A stretch of DNA of 64,000 nucleotides from an uncultured Clostridia bacterium (GTDB lineage Bacteria; Bacillota; Clostridia; TANB77; CAG-508). The notes below the pieces were generated by a model. That model did not search any database. It was given only the letters and a program-made list of their open reading frames with translations, and was not told the DNA's origin. Positions 37,774-47,459 of the stretch are shown here, in pieces; within the stretch, counting starts at the first letter, position 1; each line of letters begins with the position of its first letter. The stretch is from positions 19,607-83,606 of the forward strand of contig CAKPPS010000002.1 in the NCBI GenBank assembly GCA_934177795.1, read 5' to 3'. A program made the position numbers and the translations under genes.

Positions 37774-37817
37774 AAAAAAGCTTTAACTATAATAGTATAT
37801 AGTTAAGGCTTTTTTTA
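37774..37817. terminator. bidirectional terminator between bofA and glmS
   Basis: Stem AAGCTTTAACTATA / TATAGTTAAGGCTT flanked by A- and T-runs. Confidence 0.7.
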
Positions 37818-37820
37818 TTT

Positions 37821-39662
37821 TTATTCAACTGTTACTGATTTAGCTAAATTTCTAGGTTTATCTACATCTAATCCTTTTTCTTTTGCAATATAATAAGCTA
37901 ATAATTGTAATGGAACAACTGATAAAATCGGAGAAATAGCTGCATTAACTTCAGGTATCTCTAATACTATGTCAAACATAGACTTATCAATTGGTTGATT
38001 TGTGACTATGAATGTTTTAGCTCCACGAGTAACTACTTCTTGAATATTGCTAACTGTTTTTTCTACTAATTTAGGGTCTGTCATTACGCCAATAACAGTA
38101 ACTCCTTTTTCAATTAAAGCAATTGCACCATGTTTTAATTCTCCTGCTGCATAGCTTTCTGAATGTATATAAGATACTTCTTTAACTTTTAAAGAACCTT
38201 CTCTAGCTACTGTTTCATCTATTCCTCTACCTATAAAAAACATATCTTTTTCTTTATAGATTTTTTTAGCAAATTCTTTTATAGTATCATTTAATTTTAA
38301 ACATTCTTCTATTTTTTTAGGTAATTCTAATATTTCTTCTTTTAAAGAATCAAATTCTTTTGTATCACGGCCTAATGTTTCTGCAAAATAGATTGCTAAT
38401 ACTGCAAATAATACAACTTGTGATGTATATGCTTTTGTAGAAGCAACTGCTATTTCTGGTCCTGCATGTGTATAAATAGAATAATCTGCTTCTCTTGTAA
38501 TTGAACTTCCAATTACATTAGTCATAGCAATAGTTGTTGCACCTTTTTCTTTAGAAAGTTTTAAGGCTGCTATGGTATCAGCTGTTTCGCCTGATTGTGT
38601 TGGAAAAATACATAATGTATGTTCATCTATTAATGGATTTCTATATCTAAATTCAGATGCTACATCTATTTCTGCAGGTATTCTACAAATTTTTTCTATC
38701 ATATCTTTACCTACTAAACCAGCATGCATTGCTGTACCACAAGCAACAATATATATCTTGTTAATTTTAGATAAACTTTCTTTTGTAAAGTTTAATTCAT
38801 TAAATGTACATTTTGTACCTTGATTTAATTTTGCTCCAACTGTTTCACGAATAGCTGCTGGTTGTTCAAATATTTCTTTTAACATGAAATCTTCATAACC
38901 ATTTTTTTCGCTACCTGTTGCATCCCATTCAATTGTTTGAATTTGTTTATTAATTTTGTTTAGTTCAATATCATAAAATTCAATATCTTCTCTAGATAAA
39001 AATGCATATTCTAAATCATTTAAGAAGTAGAAATTTCTTGTAAATGATAAAATTGCTGGTATATCTGAAGAAATATAATTTTCTCCATCGCCTTTACCAA
39101 TAACTAAAGGACTATCTTTTCTTACAACTACCATATTATCTGGGAAGTCTTTACAAATAATTTCTAGTGCAAAACTTCCTTTTAATTCTGCACAAGCTTT
39201 TTTAATTGCTGTTAAAAGCTTATCTTTTCCTGCTTTTTCATTTTCTTTAGAATAATAATAATATATTAAATTTGGAATTATTTCTGTATCTGTATCAGAA
39301 TAGAATTTGAATCCATTATCTGTTAAAAATTTTCTTAATTCATTATAGTTTTCTATTATTCCATTATGAACTACACTAAATGTTTTTGAATTATCTTGAT
39401 GAGGGTGTGCATTTTCTTTAGATGGTTTACCATGAGTTGCCCATCTTGTATGTGCAATACCTATAGTTCCTTCTAAATCATTTATTCCTTCTAATTTATA
39501 TAAATTTTTAACTCTTCCTTTATCTTTCATTACTGCTATACCATCTTTTTCAACTGTTGCTATACCAGCAGAGTCATAACCTCTATATTCCAATCTTATT
39601 AGTCCATTAATTAAAATTGGACTAGCCTTTTGTTTTCCTATATAACCTACAATTCCACACAT
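37821..39662 (-). CDS. glmS: glutamine--fructose-6-phosphate aminotransferase
   Basis: MCGIVGY N-terminal nucleophile, two SIS domains, C-terminal NLAKSVTVE. Confidence 0.95.
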   Translation of the reverse strand: MCGIVGYIGKQKASPILINGLIRLEYRGYDSAGIATVEKDGIAVMKDKGRVKNLYKLEGINDLEGTIGIAHTRWATHGKPSKENAHPHQDNSKTFSVVHNGIIENYNELRKFLTDNGFKFYSDTDTEIIPNLIYYYYSKENEKAGKDKLLTAIKKACAELKGSFALEIICKDFPDNMVVVRKDSPLVIGKGDGENYISSDIPAILSFTRNFYFLNDLEYAFLSREDIEFYDIELNKINKQIQTIEWDATGSEKNGYEDFMLKEIFEQPAAIRETVGAKLNQGTKCTFNELNFTKESLSKINKIYIVACGTAMHAGLVGKDMIEKICRIPAEIDVASEFRYRNPLIDEHTLCIFPTQSGETADTIAALKLSKEKGATTIAMTNVIGSSITREADYSIYTHAGPEIAVASTKAYTSQVVLFAVLAIYFAETLGRDTKEFDSLKEEILELPKKIEECLKLNDTIKEFAKKIYKEKDMFFIGRGIDETVAREGSLKVKEVSYIHSESYAAGELKHGAIALIEKGVTVIGVMTDPKLVEKTVSNIQEVVTRGAKTFIVTNQPIDKSMFDIVLEIPEVNAAISPILSVVPLQLLAYYIAKEKGLDVDKPRNLAKSVTVE

Positions 39663-39699
39663 ATTAAATCCTCCTTATAGCAAAAATAAATTGCTCTTT

Positions 39700-39875
39700 T
39701 ATTATTTTTGGAATTGAAGATATGCAAAATAAAACTTATATGTATTATCTTTTGTTGTAATATCACTACTACTCTTTGAAATAATACTAATGATTATAAG
39801 TAAACCATCAAGGCATCCGCCGAATATTTCGATAACCTTGAACCTCGTCAACATATAAATGTCCTGGCGCTAATA
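39700..39875 (-). ncRNA. glmS ribozyme (GlcN6P-dependent self-cleaving leader)
   Basis: Minus strand reads AGCGCCAGGAC...GACGAGG...GGTTATCGAAATATTCGGCGGATGCC, the conserved core. The 3' boundary is approximate. Confidence 0.85.
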
Positions 39876-40027
39876 TTAAATTGTCTACTCCTTTCTTTAT
39901 ATTTTTTGCATAAATTCAATTTACTATATTATATTACATTAATACAAAAAAATAAGCAAGTACTTATTTAAATTTTTCAAAAAAAGTATTTTTAAAACAA
40001 TAAATTATTATAAATTAACTTCAAAAA

Positions 40028-40204
40028 GACTTAGAAATATGAGATTGAAATGAAATGTCGAATGTGCATGAAAAAATTTTAGAAATTCTATGTAATTTTA
40101 GGGAAAGAGTTCACGATAGTGGAAGGGTGCCCTAAAATAAATTAGAATTTCTTGAATTTTATAATAAGCCGAGACATGTAATGGAAATCTTATATTTCTA
40201 AGTC
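40028..40204. repeat. ~170-nt palindromic intergenic repeat, copy A
   Basis: About 95 percent identical by eye to 53720-53889. Outer stem TTAGAAATATGAGATT / AATCTTATATTTCTAA. Inner stem TTTAGAAATTCTA..TTTTAGGG / CCCTAAAA..TAGAATTTCTTGAA. Confidence 0.85.
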
Positions 40205-40265
40205 TTCTAGATATTAATTATCATCAATGATTATCTTATAACAAAAATGAGCGAAATTAATCGCT

Positions 40266-40844
40266 CTATCTTCTTCTATATCTACCACAAATACAACCAG
40301 TTCTGCCATTATTAGCATTATTAGGTACAACATTTATCCTTGCTGCAACCTCATTTGAATTGTTGTTACAGTTACAATTGCAGCTATTATTGTCATTATT
40401 TTCTATTCTTATCACTCCATTTATAACATTTGGATTTTCATTATTATTACAATTACAACTGTTATTTATATTGCTATTACTTGTAATCGTTAATAAATTT
40501 TCTGTATTCCCATTTGGAAAATTACTATCTATTGTTAATAATTCTGCATTATTGTTTCTTATTATTCTATTATTATTTTGCCTGCTACATGTATTGCCAT
40601 CATTATTACATTCATTAAAATATCTCATGAATAAACATGTTATAACTGCCGTAATATAGCTAATAATTGTATATATTAACGTTGCAACTAAAAAGTTCAA
40701 GTCTGATATTACAAATGTCACAATTATACCTACTGCAAGTATTATTCCTGCTACTAATACAGGACATCTAAAGATTTTTTGTAATGCTATTGAGAATATA
40801 ACTACAGCTAATGGTATTGCAAAAAATATAAGTAAACTATTCAT
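40266..40844 (-). CDS. membrane protein with Asn/Cys-rich low-complexity C-terminal tail
   Basis: Three N-terminal TM segments, then NNSCNCNNNENPN...NNSCNCNCNNNSNE...GCICGRYRRR. Confidence 0.6.
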   Translation of the reverse strand: MNSLLIFFAIPLAVVIFSIALQKIFRCPVLVAGIILAVGIIVTFVISDLNFLVATLIYTIISYITAVITCLFMRYFNECNNDGNTCSRQNNNRIIRNNNAELLTIDSNFPNGNTENLLTITSNSNINNSCNCNNNENPNVINGVIRIENNDNNSCNCNCNNNSNEVAARINVVPNNANNGRTGCICGRYRRR

Positions 40845-40911
40845 AAATATTACTCCTATCTATATAGATTTTACTATATTTTATGCTTATTCTATAATAT
40901 TTGTTAATTTT

Positions 40912-41655
40912 CTACATATCATAACATACACTAACTAAGAATAATCCTTGTGGTGGCAATGTTTTTCCTGCGTTTTCTCTTTTTTCTGATTTGATAATTT
41001 CATTTATTTGCTCTGGTTTGATTTTTCCTAATCCAACATCTACTAATGTTCCTGCAATTATTCTAACCATATTATATAAAAAACCATTTCCTGTTAACTC
41101 TATATATATTCTATCATTTTCCATATTTTTTATTTCTGCCTTATAAATCGTTCTAACACTACTTTTACTACTTGTTCCACTTGCTTTAAATGCTTTAAAA
41201 TCGTGTTCTCCTTCAAAATATTTTACAGCTTTTTTCATATTTTCAATATTTAATTTTATCGGTATATGTGTTTCCATATTTCTATATATTGCTGTCCCAT
41301 ATTTTGAATTATTTATTACATATCTATAAGTTTTCTTTTTGCAACTTAACCTACTATGAAATCTTTCATCTACTTCTTCTGCTTCTTTTATTCTAATAGA
41401 TTTTTTTAAATTTGTATTAAGTGCAATTGGAATTTTATCTATAGGAATTGTTGATGTTGTCTTAAAATTTGCTACCTGCCCTAGTGCATGCACTCCTGCA
41501 TCTGTTCTTCCTGAAGCATTTAGTTGTACTTGTTCACCTGTTATTCTCTCTATTGCTTTTTCAATCTCTCCCTGAATATTTAATTTATTAGGTTGTTTTT
41601 GCCACCCGTTAAAGTCTTTTCCATCATATTCTATTGTTAATTTTATATTTCTCAT
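40912..41655 (-). CDS. truA: tRNA pseudouridine(38-40) synthase
   Basis: GRTDAGVHA catalytic motif; 247 aa. Confidence 0.9.
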   Translation of the reverse strand: MRNIKLTIEYDGKDFNGWQKQPNKLNIQGEIEKAIERITGEQVQLNASGRTDAGVHALGQVANFKTTSTIPIDKIPIALNTNLKKSIRIKEAEEVDERFHSRLSCKKKTYRYVINNSKYGTAIYRNMETHIPIKLNIENMKKAVKYFEGEHDFKAFKASGTSSKSSVRTIYKAEIKNMENDRIYIELTGNGFLYNMVRIIAGTLVDVGLGKIKPEQINEIIKSEKRENAGKTLPPQGLFLVSVCYDM

Positions 41656-41714
41656 TTTCTCTCCTTCAATCTAATAAAAGCCGCTTCTTGCGACTTTTAT
41701 TAGATTTACAACAT

Positions 41715-42647
41715 TTATTTTTTATCTAACTCTTTTTTTAGTTTATCTTTTTTTAATTTCTGTTTTATTTTTGCTATTCTATTTTGCTTTATACTTTTTT
41801 CTGTAGCAAATCTTTTTGTTACTACATTACTAATCAATATTTTTTTTAATGCTTCTTCATTAACATCTGCAATTAATGTACCATCTTTTGCAATGGAAAC
41901 TTTCCCTGTTTCTTCTGATACAATTACAACTATACTATCAGATTCTTTTGAAATTCCTATTGCTGCTCTATGTCTTGTGCCTAGCTCTTTTGCTATATCA
42001 TTATCATCTGCAAGAGGTAATACTGATGCAGCTGATGCTATTTTGTTTCCTGATATTATTACTGCTCCATCATGTAATGGTGTTTTAGGTTCAAATATAT
42101 TTACTAATAACTGTGGTGATACTTCTGCATTCATTGGTATTCCACTATCTATAATATCTTGGATTTTTATATCTCTTTCTATTACAATTAGTGCCCCTGT
42201 TTTGTTCTTAGATAATTCCTCTGTTGCAATTACTATTTTATATATATCTTCTTTGGTTTTGGTTGCTAAGTCTTGGTCTATTCCAAAAAATTTCGTAAAT
42301 TTATTTGTTCCTAATTGTTCTAGCCCTCTTCTTAATTCTGGTTGAAATATAACTATTATTGCAATTACTCCTAAATTCATTATTCCTGTTAATATCCAAT
42401 TAAGTATATGTAAATTGAATAATCCACTAAGCCATGTAATTACTATTAAAAGTGCAATTCCTTTTATTAATTGCCACGCTCTAGAGCCTTTTACTATTTT
42501 TAAAAATGAATATATTAGGAATATTACAATCGATAAATCTATTATTAATGTTATTAGTTGTAATGGGGTTTGTTGTAAAGATTTAATATATCCTACAATA
42601 CTATTAGTATAAAAATTTTCCCAGTTCATTCCAAAATCTATTATCAT
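41715..42647 (-). CDS. cdaA: diadenylate cyclase CdaA (DisA_N domain) with Lys-rich C-terminal tail
   Basis: Three N-terminal TM segments, then DGAVIISGNKI and GTRHRAAIGISKESD motifs. Confidence 0.9.
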   Translation of the reverse strand: MIIDFGMNWENFYTNSIVGYIKSLQQTPLQLITLIIDLSIVIFLIYSFLKIVKGSRAWQLIKGIALLIVITWLSGLFNLHILNWILTGIMNLGVIAIIVIFQPELRRGLEQLGTNKFTKFFGIDQDLATKTKEDIYKIVIATEELSKNKTGALIVIERDIKIQDIIDSGIPMNAEVSPQLLVNIFEPKTPLHDGAVIISGNKIASAASVLPLADDNDIAKELGTRHRAAIGISKESDSIVVIVSEETGKVSIAKDGTLIADVNEEALKKILISNVVTKRFATEKSIKQNRIAKIKQKLKKDKLKKELDKK

Positions 42648-42666
42648 ATTTATTTCTCTTTCCTTT

Positions 42667-42798
42667 TTAGAAAATTATTGAATATATAAGTGATGATGCT
42701 GTTGCTAATAGCATTAAAAATGCTAGAATTGCTGCCATTACTTTCACAAATATTTGTCCTTTGTCATAATTCTTTTTTGTTTTATTTTCTTTTTTCAT
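42667..42798 (-). CDS. small membrane protein (43 aa); not in the ORF track
   Basis: GGGTGA SD. MKKENKTKKNYDKGQIFVKVMAAILAFLMLLATASSLIYSIIF. Lies 19 nt upstream of cdaA. Confidence 0.4.
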   Translation of the reverse strand: MKKENKTKKNYDKGQIFVKVMAAILAFLMLLATASSLIYSIIF

Positions 42799-42879
42799 GA
42801 TTTTCACCCTTTCTTTAGTTTATATATCTTTTTTCTTACAAAAAAATTATAACATATTTAACATAACATTTCAATTGTT

Positions 42880-44172
42880 TTACAAAATCATTTTTGGTCT
42901 TTCTACTTTTTCGTCTGTTATTTTTATTATTTCTATCAATTGTTTTTTAGCATTTTCTAGTTTTTCTTTTGAGTTTGCATGTATTGTAGCTATTTTTTCA
43001 TTTTCTTTTATATAATCTGAAACTTTTTTATTTAATACAATACCTACTGAATAATCTATATTGTCTTCTTTTTTTATTCTTCCTGCTCCTAATTCACATA
43101 CAATTTTTCCTACTTCTTTAGCATTTATTTCTTTTATATATCCACTTTTTGTACTATATATGTTCTCAATATATTTTGCTTTTTTTATTTTATTGATATC
43201 TTTTATATACGTAACATCTCCACCTTGTTTTTGTACTAATTCAAGAAACTTTTCATAACCTTTCCCATTTTTTATATTGCTTAACATTTTCTCTTTATTT
43301 TCTTGAATATCTTCTCCTTTACCTGCAAGTTTAATCATATATGCTCCTAACTCAAAAACTACTTCTTGCAAGTCTTTTGGCATATCTCCTTGTAAAAATT
43401 TAATTGCTTCTATTACTTCTAATGAATTACCAACAGCATACCCTAGTGGTTCATCCATATTTGTTAATATACAAACTGTTTCTTTATCTGCTAAATTGCC
43501 TATTTCTATCATTTCTTCTGCTAATTCTTTAGCTTTAGATTTTTCATTCATAAATGCTCCTAATCCAACTGTTACATCTAATACTATTTTTTGTGCACCA
43601 CTTGCAATTTTTTTGCTCATAATACTTGATGCTATTAGTGGTATACTTTCTACACAAGAAATTGTATCTCTAAGGCTATATATTTTTTTATCTGCTGGCG
43701 CCAAATTTAGATTTTGTGTAATCATGCTTATACCTATATCTTGTACATTTTTTATAAATTGTTCTACTTCTATATTTGTTTTATATCCAGAAATTGACTC
43801 TAATTTATCTGCTGTCCCACCTGTAAATCCTAATCCTCTACCAGACATCTTTGCTACAGGCACTCCTATTGATGCCACTAATGGTAATAATATTAAAGAT
43901 ACTTTGTCTCCTACCCCTCCTGTTGAATGCTTATCAACAATTATTTCATTTAAAGATGATAAATCTAATTTTTCTCCTGAATTTGCCATAGCTATTGTTA
44001 AATTAACTGTTTCTTTTTTTGTCATCCCGTTTATATATATTGCCATTACTAATGCAGCGGCCTGATAGTCTGCTACAGTTCCTTTTGTATATCCTTCTAC
44101 AAAATATTCTATTTCTTGTTTCGTCAGTTCTTTTTTATCTCTCTTTTTTTCTATTATCTCTAAGATATCCAT
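42880..44172 (-). CDS. pdp: pyrimidine-nucleoside phosphorylase
   Basis: DKHSTGGVGDK and SGRGLGFTGGT motifs; 430 aa. Confidence 0.9.
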   Translation of the reverse strand: MDILEIIEKKRDKKELTKQEIEYFVEGYTKGTVADYQAAALVMAIYINGMTKKETVNLTIAMANSGEKLDLSSLNEIIVDKHSTGGVGDKVSLILLPLVASIGVPVAKMSGRGLGFTGGTADKLESISGYKTNIEVEQFIKNVQDIGISMITQNLNLAPADKKIYSLRDTISCVESIPLIASSIMSKKIASGAQKIVLDVTVGLGAFMNEKSKAKELAEEMIEIGNLADKETVCILTNMDEPLGYAVGNSLEVIEAIKFLQGDMPKDLQEVVFELGAYMIKLAGKGEDIQENKEKMLSNIKNGKGYEKFLELVQKQGGDVTYIKDINKIKKAKYIENIYSTKSGYIKEINAKEVGKIVCELGAGRIKKEDNIDYSVGIVLNKKVSDYIKENEKIATIHANSKEKLENAKKQLIEIIKITDEKVERPKMIL

Positions 44173-44180
44173 AAAACCTC

Positions 44181-44807
44181 CTATACAAAATGTTTAATAA
44201 ATGTACTTCTATGTATTGGACATGGCCCATATTCTTTTAATGCTGCTATATGTTTAGCTGTGCCATACCCTTTATGATTCACAAATCCATATTGTGGATA
44301 TACTTTATCCCATTCTCGCATAATTCTATCCCTAGTAACTTTTGCAATTATTGATGCAGCAGCAATATTGTAGCATTTTGCATCACCTTTTATTATTGAA
44401 TCATATTGTATTCCTTTTGTATCTATATGTGTTAATGCATCAACTAAAATTAAATTTGGTTTTACATCTAATTCTTCAACTACTTGTGTTACACCTTGTT
44501 TAGTTGCATTAAGTATATTTATTTCATCTATTATATCTTGACCTATTATTGCTACTGAGTAACTTATTGCTTCATTTATTATTAAGTCATATAATTTTTC
44601 TCTCTTCTTTTCTGAAACCTTTTTAGAGTCATTTACTCCTTCTATCATTGAATCTTGTGGCATAATTACTCCAGCTACTACGACTGGTCCTGCTAGTGGT
44701 CCTCTTCCTGCTTCATCTATCCCACATATATACTTAAATCCTTTATTATATAACTCTTGCTCTTTTTGTTTTAAATTTGTTAATCTTTCTAATTCTTTTT
44801 CTTTCAT
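44181..44807 (-). CDS. rnhB: ribonuclease HII
   Basis: GIDEAGRGPLAGPVV and AASIIAKVTRD motifs. Confidence 0.9.
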   Translation of the reverse strand: MKEKELERLTNLKQKEQELYNKGFKYICGIDEAGRGPLAGPVVVAGVIMPQDSMIEGVNDSKKVSEKKREKLYDLIINEAISYSVAIIGQDIIDEINILNATKQGVTQVVEELDVKPNLILVDALTHIDTKGIQYDSIIKGDAKCYNIAAASIIAKVTRDRIMREWDKVYPQYGFVNHKGYGTAKHIAALKEYGPCPIHRSTFIKHFV

Positions 44808-44823
44808 TTTATTTCCAATCCTT

Positions 44824-45360
44824 TTAATCTTGTAATTCTATTTGTTCTATATCTGTTAGTGAATATCTATTATCAAATCCTTTGGTATTATATATTTCTG
44901 CAGATACTTCTGAAATATTATATACTATAACATACCATCCATTTTCTTCGTTTGATTCCACTTTTTTTATTCCCATATTATTTAAATTCTCAGTCGTTAA
45001 TTTATATACATTTCCATTAGTAATATCATCTGGATTTATTCCCATAATTGTAAGTTGGCTAACTATACTATCATCTGAACTAATTTGTTCTCCCTTGTCA
45101 GCCCCTGTCAATTCACTTTTAGCTTTAGTTTTCATTTCGTCTGTTGCTTCGTCTGGTTTAACTCCTAAGTCAAAATTAGCATTTTCCACATATTCTTTAG
45201 CTTTGGTTTGTATTAACAACATATTAGTTTTCATTTCTTCCAAATTTGCATTTTTTATTGCGCTTTTACCTGATTTTACTGTAATTCCTGCTAATATTAG
45301 CATTACTACAATTGTTACTACTAATGTAATTAAAGTTATTCCATTTTCTTTTTTATTCAT
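44824..45360 (-). CDS. prepilin-type N-terminal domain protein (pseudopilin/pilin-like)
   Basis: GGAGAG SD before ATG 45360. N-terminus NKKENGITLITLVVTIVVMLILAGI resembles a class III signal peptide plus hydrophobic helix. Confidence 0.6.
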   Translation of the reverse strand: MNKKENGITLITLVVTIVVMLILAGITVKSGKSAIKNANLEEMKTNMLLIQTKAKEYVENANFDLGVKPDEATDEMKTKAKSELTGADKGEQISSDDSIVSQLTIMGINPDDITNGNVYKLTTENLNNMGIKKVESNEENGWYVIVYNISEVSAEIYNTKGFDNRYSLTDIEQIELQD

Positions 45361-45511
45361 TATATTTCTCTCCATTTTTTATATTCTTTTTAATTATATA
45401 TTTATATATATTTTTTTTCAATAAGAAAACTTATTTTTTTCACACAAAATTCACAAAACACTTGTATTATATGTATATGATAAGTTAATATATCTATAGG
45501 AGGGATTATAA

Positions 45512-46795
45512 ATGGAAGAAAATAATAATAATCAAAATCAATCAAAGAATTCAAATTTTAAAGCAGTACCTAATGCTGGTTCTTATGGAACAGTATATGA
45601 AGCTAAGAAAAAACAACATAAAAATAGTTCTGGATTTGGAAAAACAGTTCTAGTACCTTTTATTAGTGGAGTAGTAGGTTGTGCTGTTGTAATTGGTACA
45701 TGTTTTGGTGTACCTTCAATCAAAAAACAATTAATGGGAACAACCTCATCTAGTTCATCAACTAATAATCAATCTGGAAGTTCTAGCAGCTCAGGTACAG
45801 TAAGTCAAGTATCTTTATCTAATTATTCTGATACTTCTGTATATGCAGCAAATAAAATTTTACCTTCAATTGTAGGTATCAAAATAGAATATAATGTTAC
45901 ATCTATGTTTTCTATGTTTGGAAATGGTAAATCTACATCTACTGCTACTGCAACAGGTTCTGGTATTATAATAAGTGATGATGGTTATATCCTAACAAAT
46001 AACCATGTTGTATCTTCAAATGAATCAGAATCATATTATCAAGTATCAGAAGCGACAAAAATTACTGTAACTTTATTTGATGATGAAACAGAATATGAAG
46101 CTAAAATCGTTGGTACAGATGAGCAAACAGACTTAGCAGTTATAAAAATTGATAAATCTGGATTAACAAAAGCAGAATTTGCTGATTCTGATTCCATAAA
46201 AGTTGGAGAATTTGCTATGGCTGTTGGTAGTCCTCTTGGATTACAAAGTTCAATTACTTGTGGTGTTATCAGTGCTCTTAATAGAAAAGTAACAGATACT
46301 GATAATAAAACTTATACATTAATTCAAACAGATGCTGCTATAAATGCTGGAAATAGTGGTGGTGCTTTAGTTAATAGTGAAGGTAAAGTAATCGGTGTTA
46401 ATACATTAAAATTAACTGGTGACAATGTAGAAGGAATGGGCTTTGCAATTCCTATAAATTCTACTACAAATATAACTTCTCAATTAATTCAATATAGTAA
46501 AGTTAAAAGACCTTACATTGGTGTTACAGGTATGGATTTAGATTCAGAAACTGCAAAGAAAAATAATTTGGTTGAAGGTATTTATGTAAAAGCTATTGAT
46601 GATTTCTCTGCTGCAGAAAAAGCTGGTATAAAAATCGGTGATGTAATTATTAAAGCAGATGGTCAAGAAGCTAAAACAATGGATAAATTAAATGAAATTA
46701 AAAACAGTCATAATATTGGTGATGAAATGACTATTACAGTAAATAGAGATGGCAAAGAGAAAGATTTAACAATCACATTAGGCGAACAACCATAA
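45512..46795 (+). CDS. htrA: HtrA/DegP-family serine protease with PDZ domain
   Basis: N-terminal TM, trypsin-like TNNHV, DLAVIK and GNSGGAL catalytic triad context, C-terminal PDZ. Confidence 0.9.
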   Translation: MEENNNNQNQSKNSNFKAVPNAGSYGTVYEAKKKQHKNSSGFGKTVLVPFISGVVGCAVVIGTCFGVPSIKKQLMGTTSSSSSTNNQSGSSSSSGTVSQVSLSNYSDTSVYAANKILPSIVGIKIEYNVTSMFSMFGNGKSTSTATATGSGIIISDDGYILTNNHVVSSNESESYYQVSEATKITVTLFDDETEYEAKIVGTDEQTDLAVIKIDKSGLTKAEFADSDSIKVGEFAMAVGSPLGLQSSITCGVISALNRKVTDTDNKTYTLIQTDAAINAGNSGGALVNSEGKVIGVNTLKLTGDNVEGMGFAIPINSTTNITSQLIQYSKVKRPYIGVTGMDLDSETAKKNNLVEGIYVKAIDDFSAAEKAGIKIGDVIIKADGQEAKTMDKLNEIKNSHNIGDEMTITVNRDGKEKDLTITLGEQP

Positions 46796-46810
46796 CTAAA
46801 CCTCAAAATA

Positions 46811-46845
46811 AAAAACTCGAAGTAAAACCTCGAGTTTTTTATTTT
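46811..46845. terminator. bidirectional intrinsic terminator
   Basis: Stem ACTCGA / TCGAGT flanked by AAAAA and TTTTTT, between convergent genes. Confidence 0.6.
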
Positions 46846-47444
46846 TAATTCTCCTTTTTTTTCTTTTCCCTTTTATCCACAGTAACTTCTTTTTTTAAGT
46901 CTTGCTTATCTATAAATCCTTTTTTATATAAATCTTTTACATACATTACTAAAGAAAATATTGTTGCAAATAATGCTAAGTAAAATAACCATAAATCTAA
47001 ATTTTGCCATAAAGAATTAAGTTCAAATTGGTTTATTAACAACGATGAAACAATTGCTACATAAAATAAAACCGTTGCTAATTTACCATACCATTTACTA
47101 TATACAACAACATCTTTTCCATAAAGAAATGAAGCTCCTGCTATCATTATTACTTCTTTTAATAATACTATGACTAATATCCAAATTGGAATAATATGAA
47201 TCAATGTTAATGATCCTATTGTACAAATTTGTGTAAGTTTATCTGCTAGTGGATCCATTAATTTTCCAAAATTAGATATTAAATTAAATTTTCTTGCTAT
47301 AAATCCATCAGCAATATCAGTTATACCAGATATTGTAAATAATACAAATGCTAATATATAATTACCTGTAAAAATATATATTACTATAAATGGTATAAGT
47401 AAAAATCTTAATATTGTTAATGCATTTGGTACATGTTTTAACAT
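46845..47444 (-). CDS. pgsA: CDP-diacylglycerol--glycerol-3-phosphate 3-phosphatidyltransferase
   Basis: CDP-alcohol phosphatidyltransferase motif DGFIARKFNLISNFGKLMDPLADK. Confidence 0.85.
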   Translation of the reverse strand: MLKHVPNALTILRFLLIPFIVIYIFTGNYILAFVLFTISGITDIADGFIARKFNLISNFGKLMDPLADKLTQICTIGSLTLIHIIPIWILVIVLLKEVIMIAGASFLYGKDVVVYSKWYGKLATVLFYVAIVSSLLINQFELNSLWQNLDLWLFYLALFATIFSLVMYVKDLYKKGFIDKQDLKKEVTVDKREKKKKEN

Positions 47445-47459
47445 ATAAATCTCCTAATA

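Noticed and set aside
40048-40190. 10-codon mini-ORFs inside the palindromic repeat (MKCRMCMKKF on one strand, MSRLIIKFKKF on the other), present in both copies with one or two substitutions
   Set aside because: They have no SD and are very short. Their presence in both copies simply follows from about 95 percent nucleotide identity, and the substitutions are non-synonymous.
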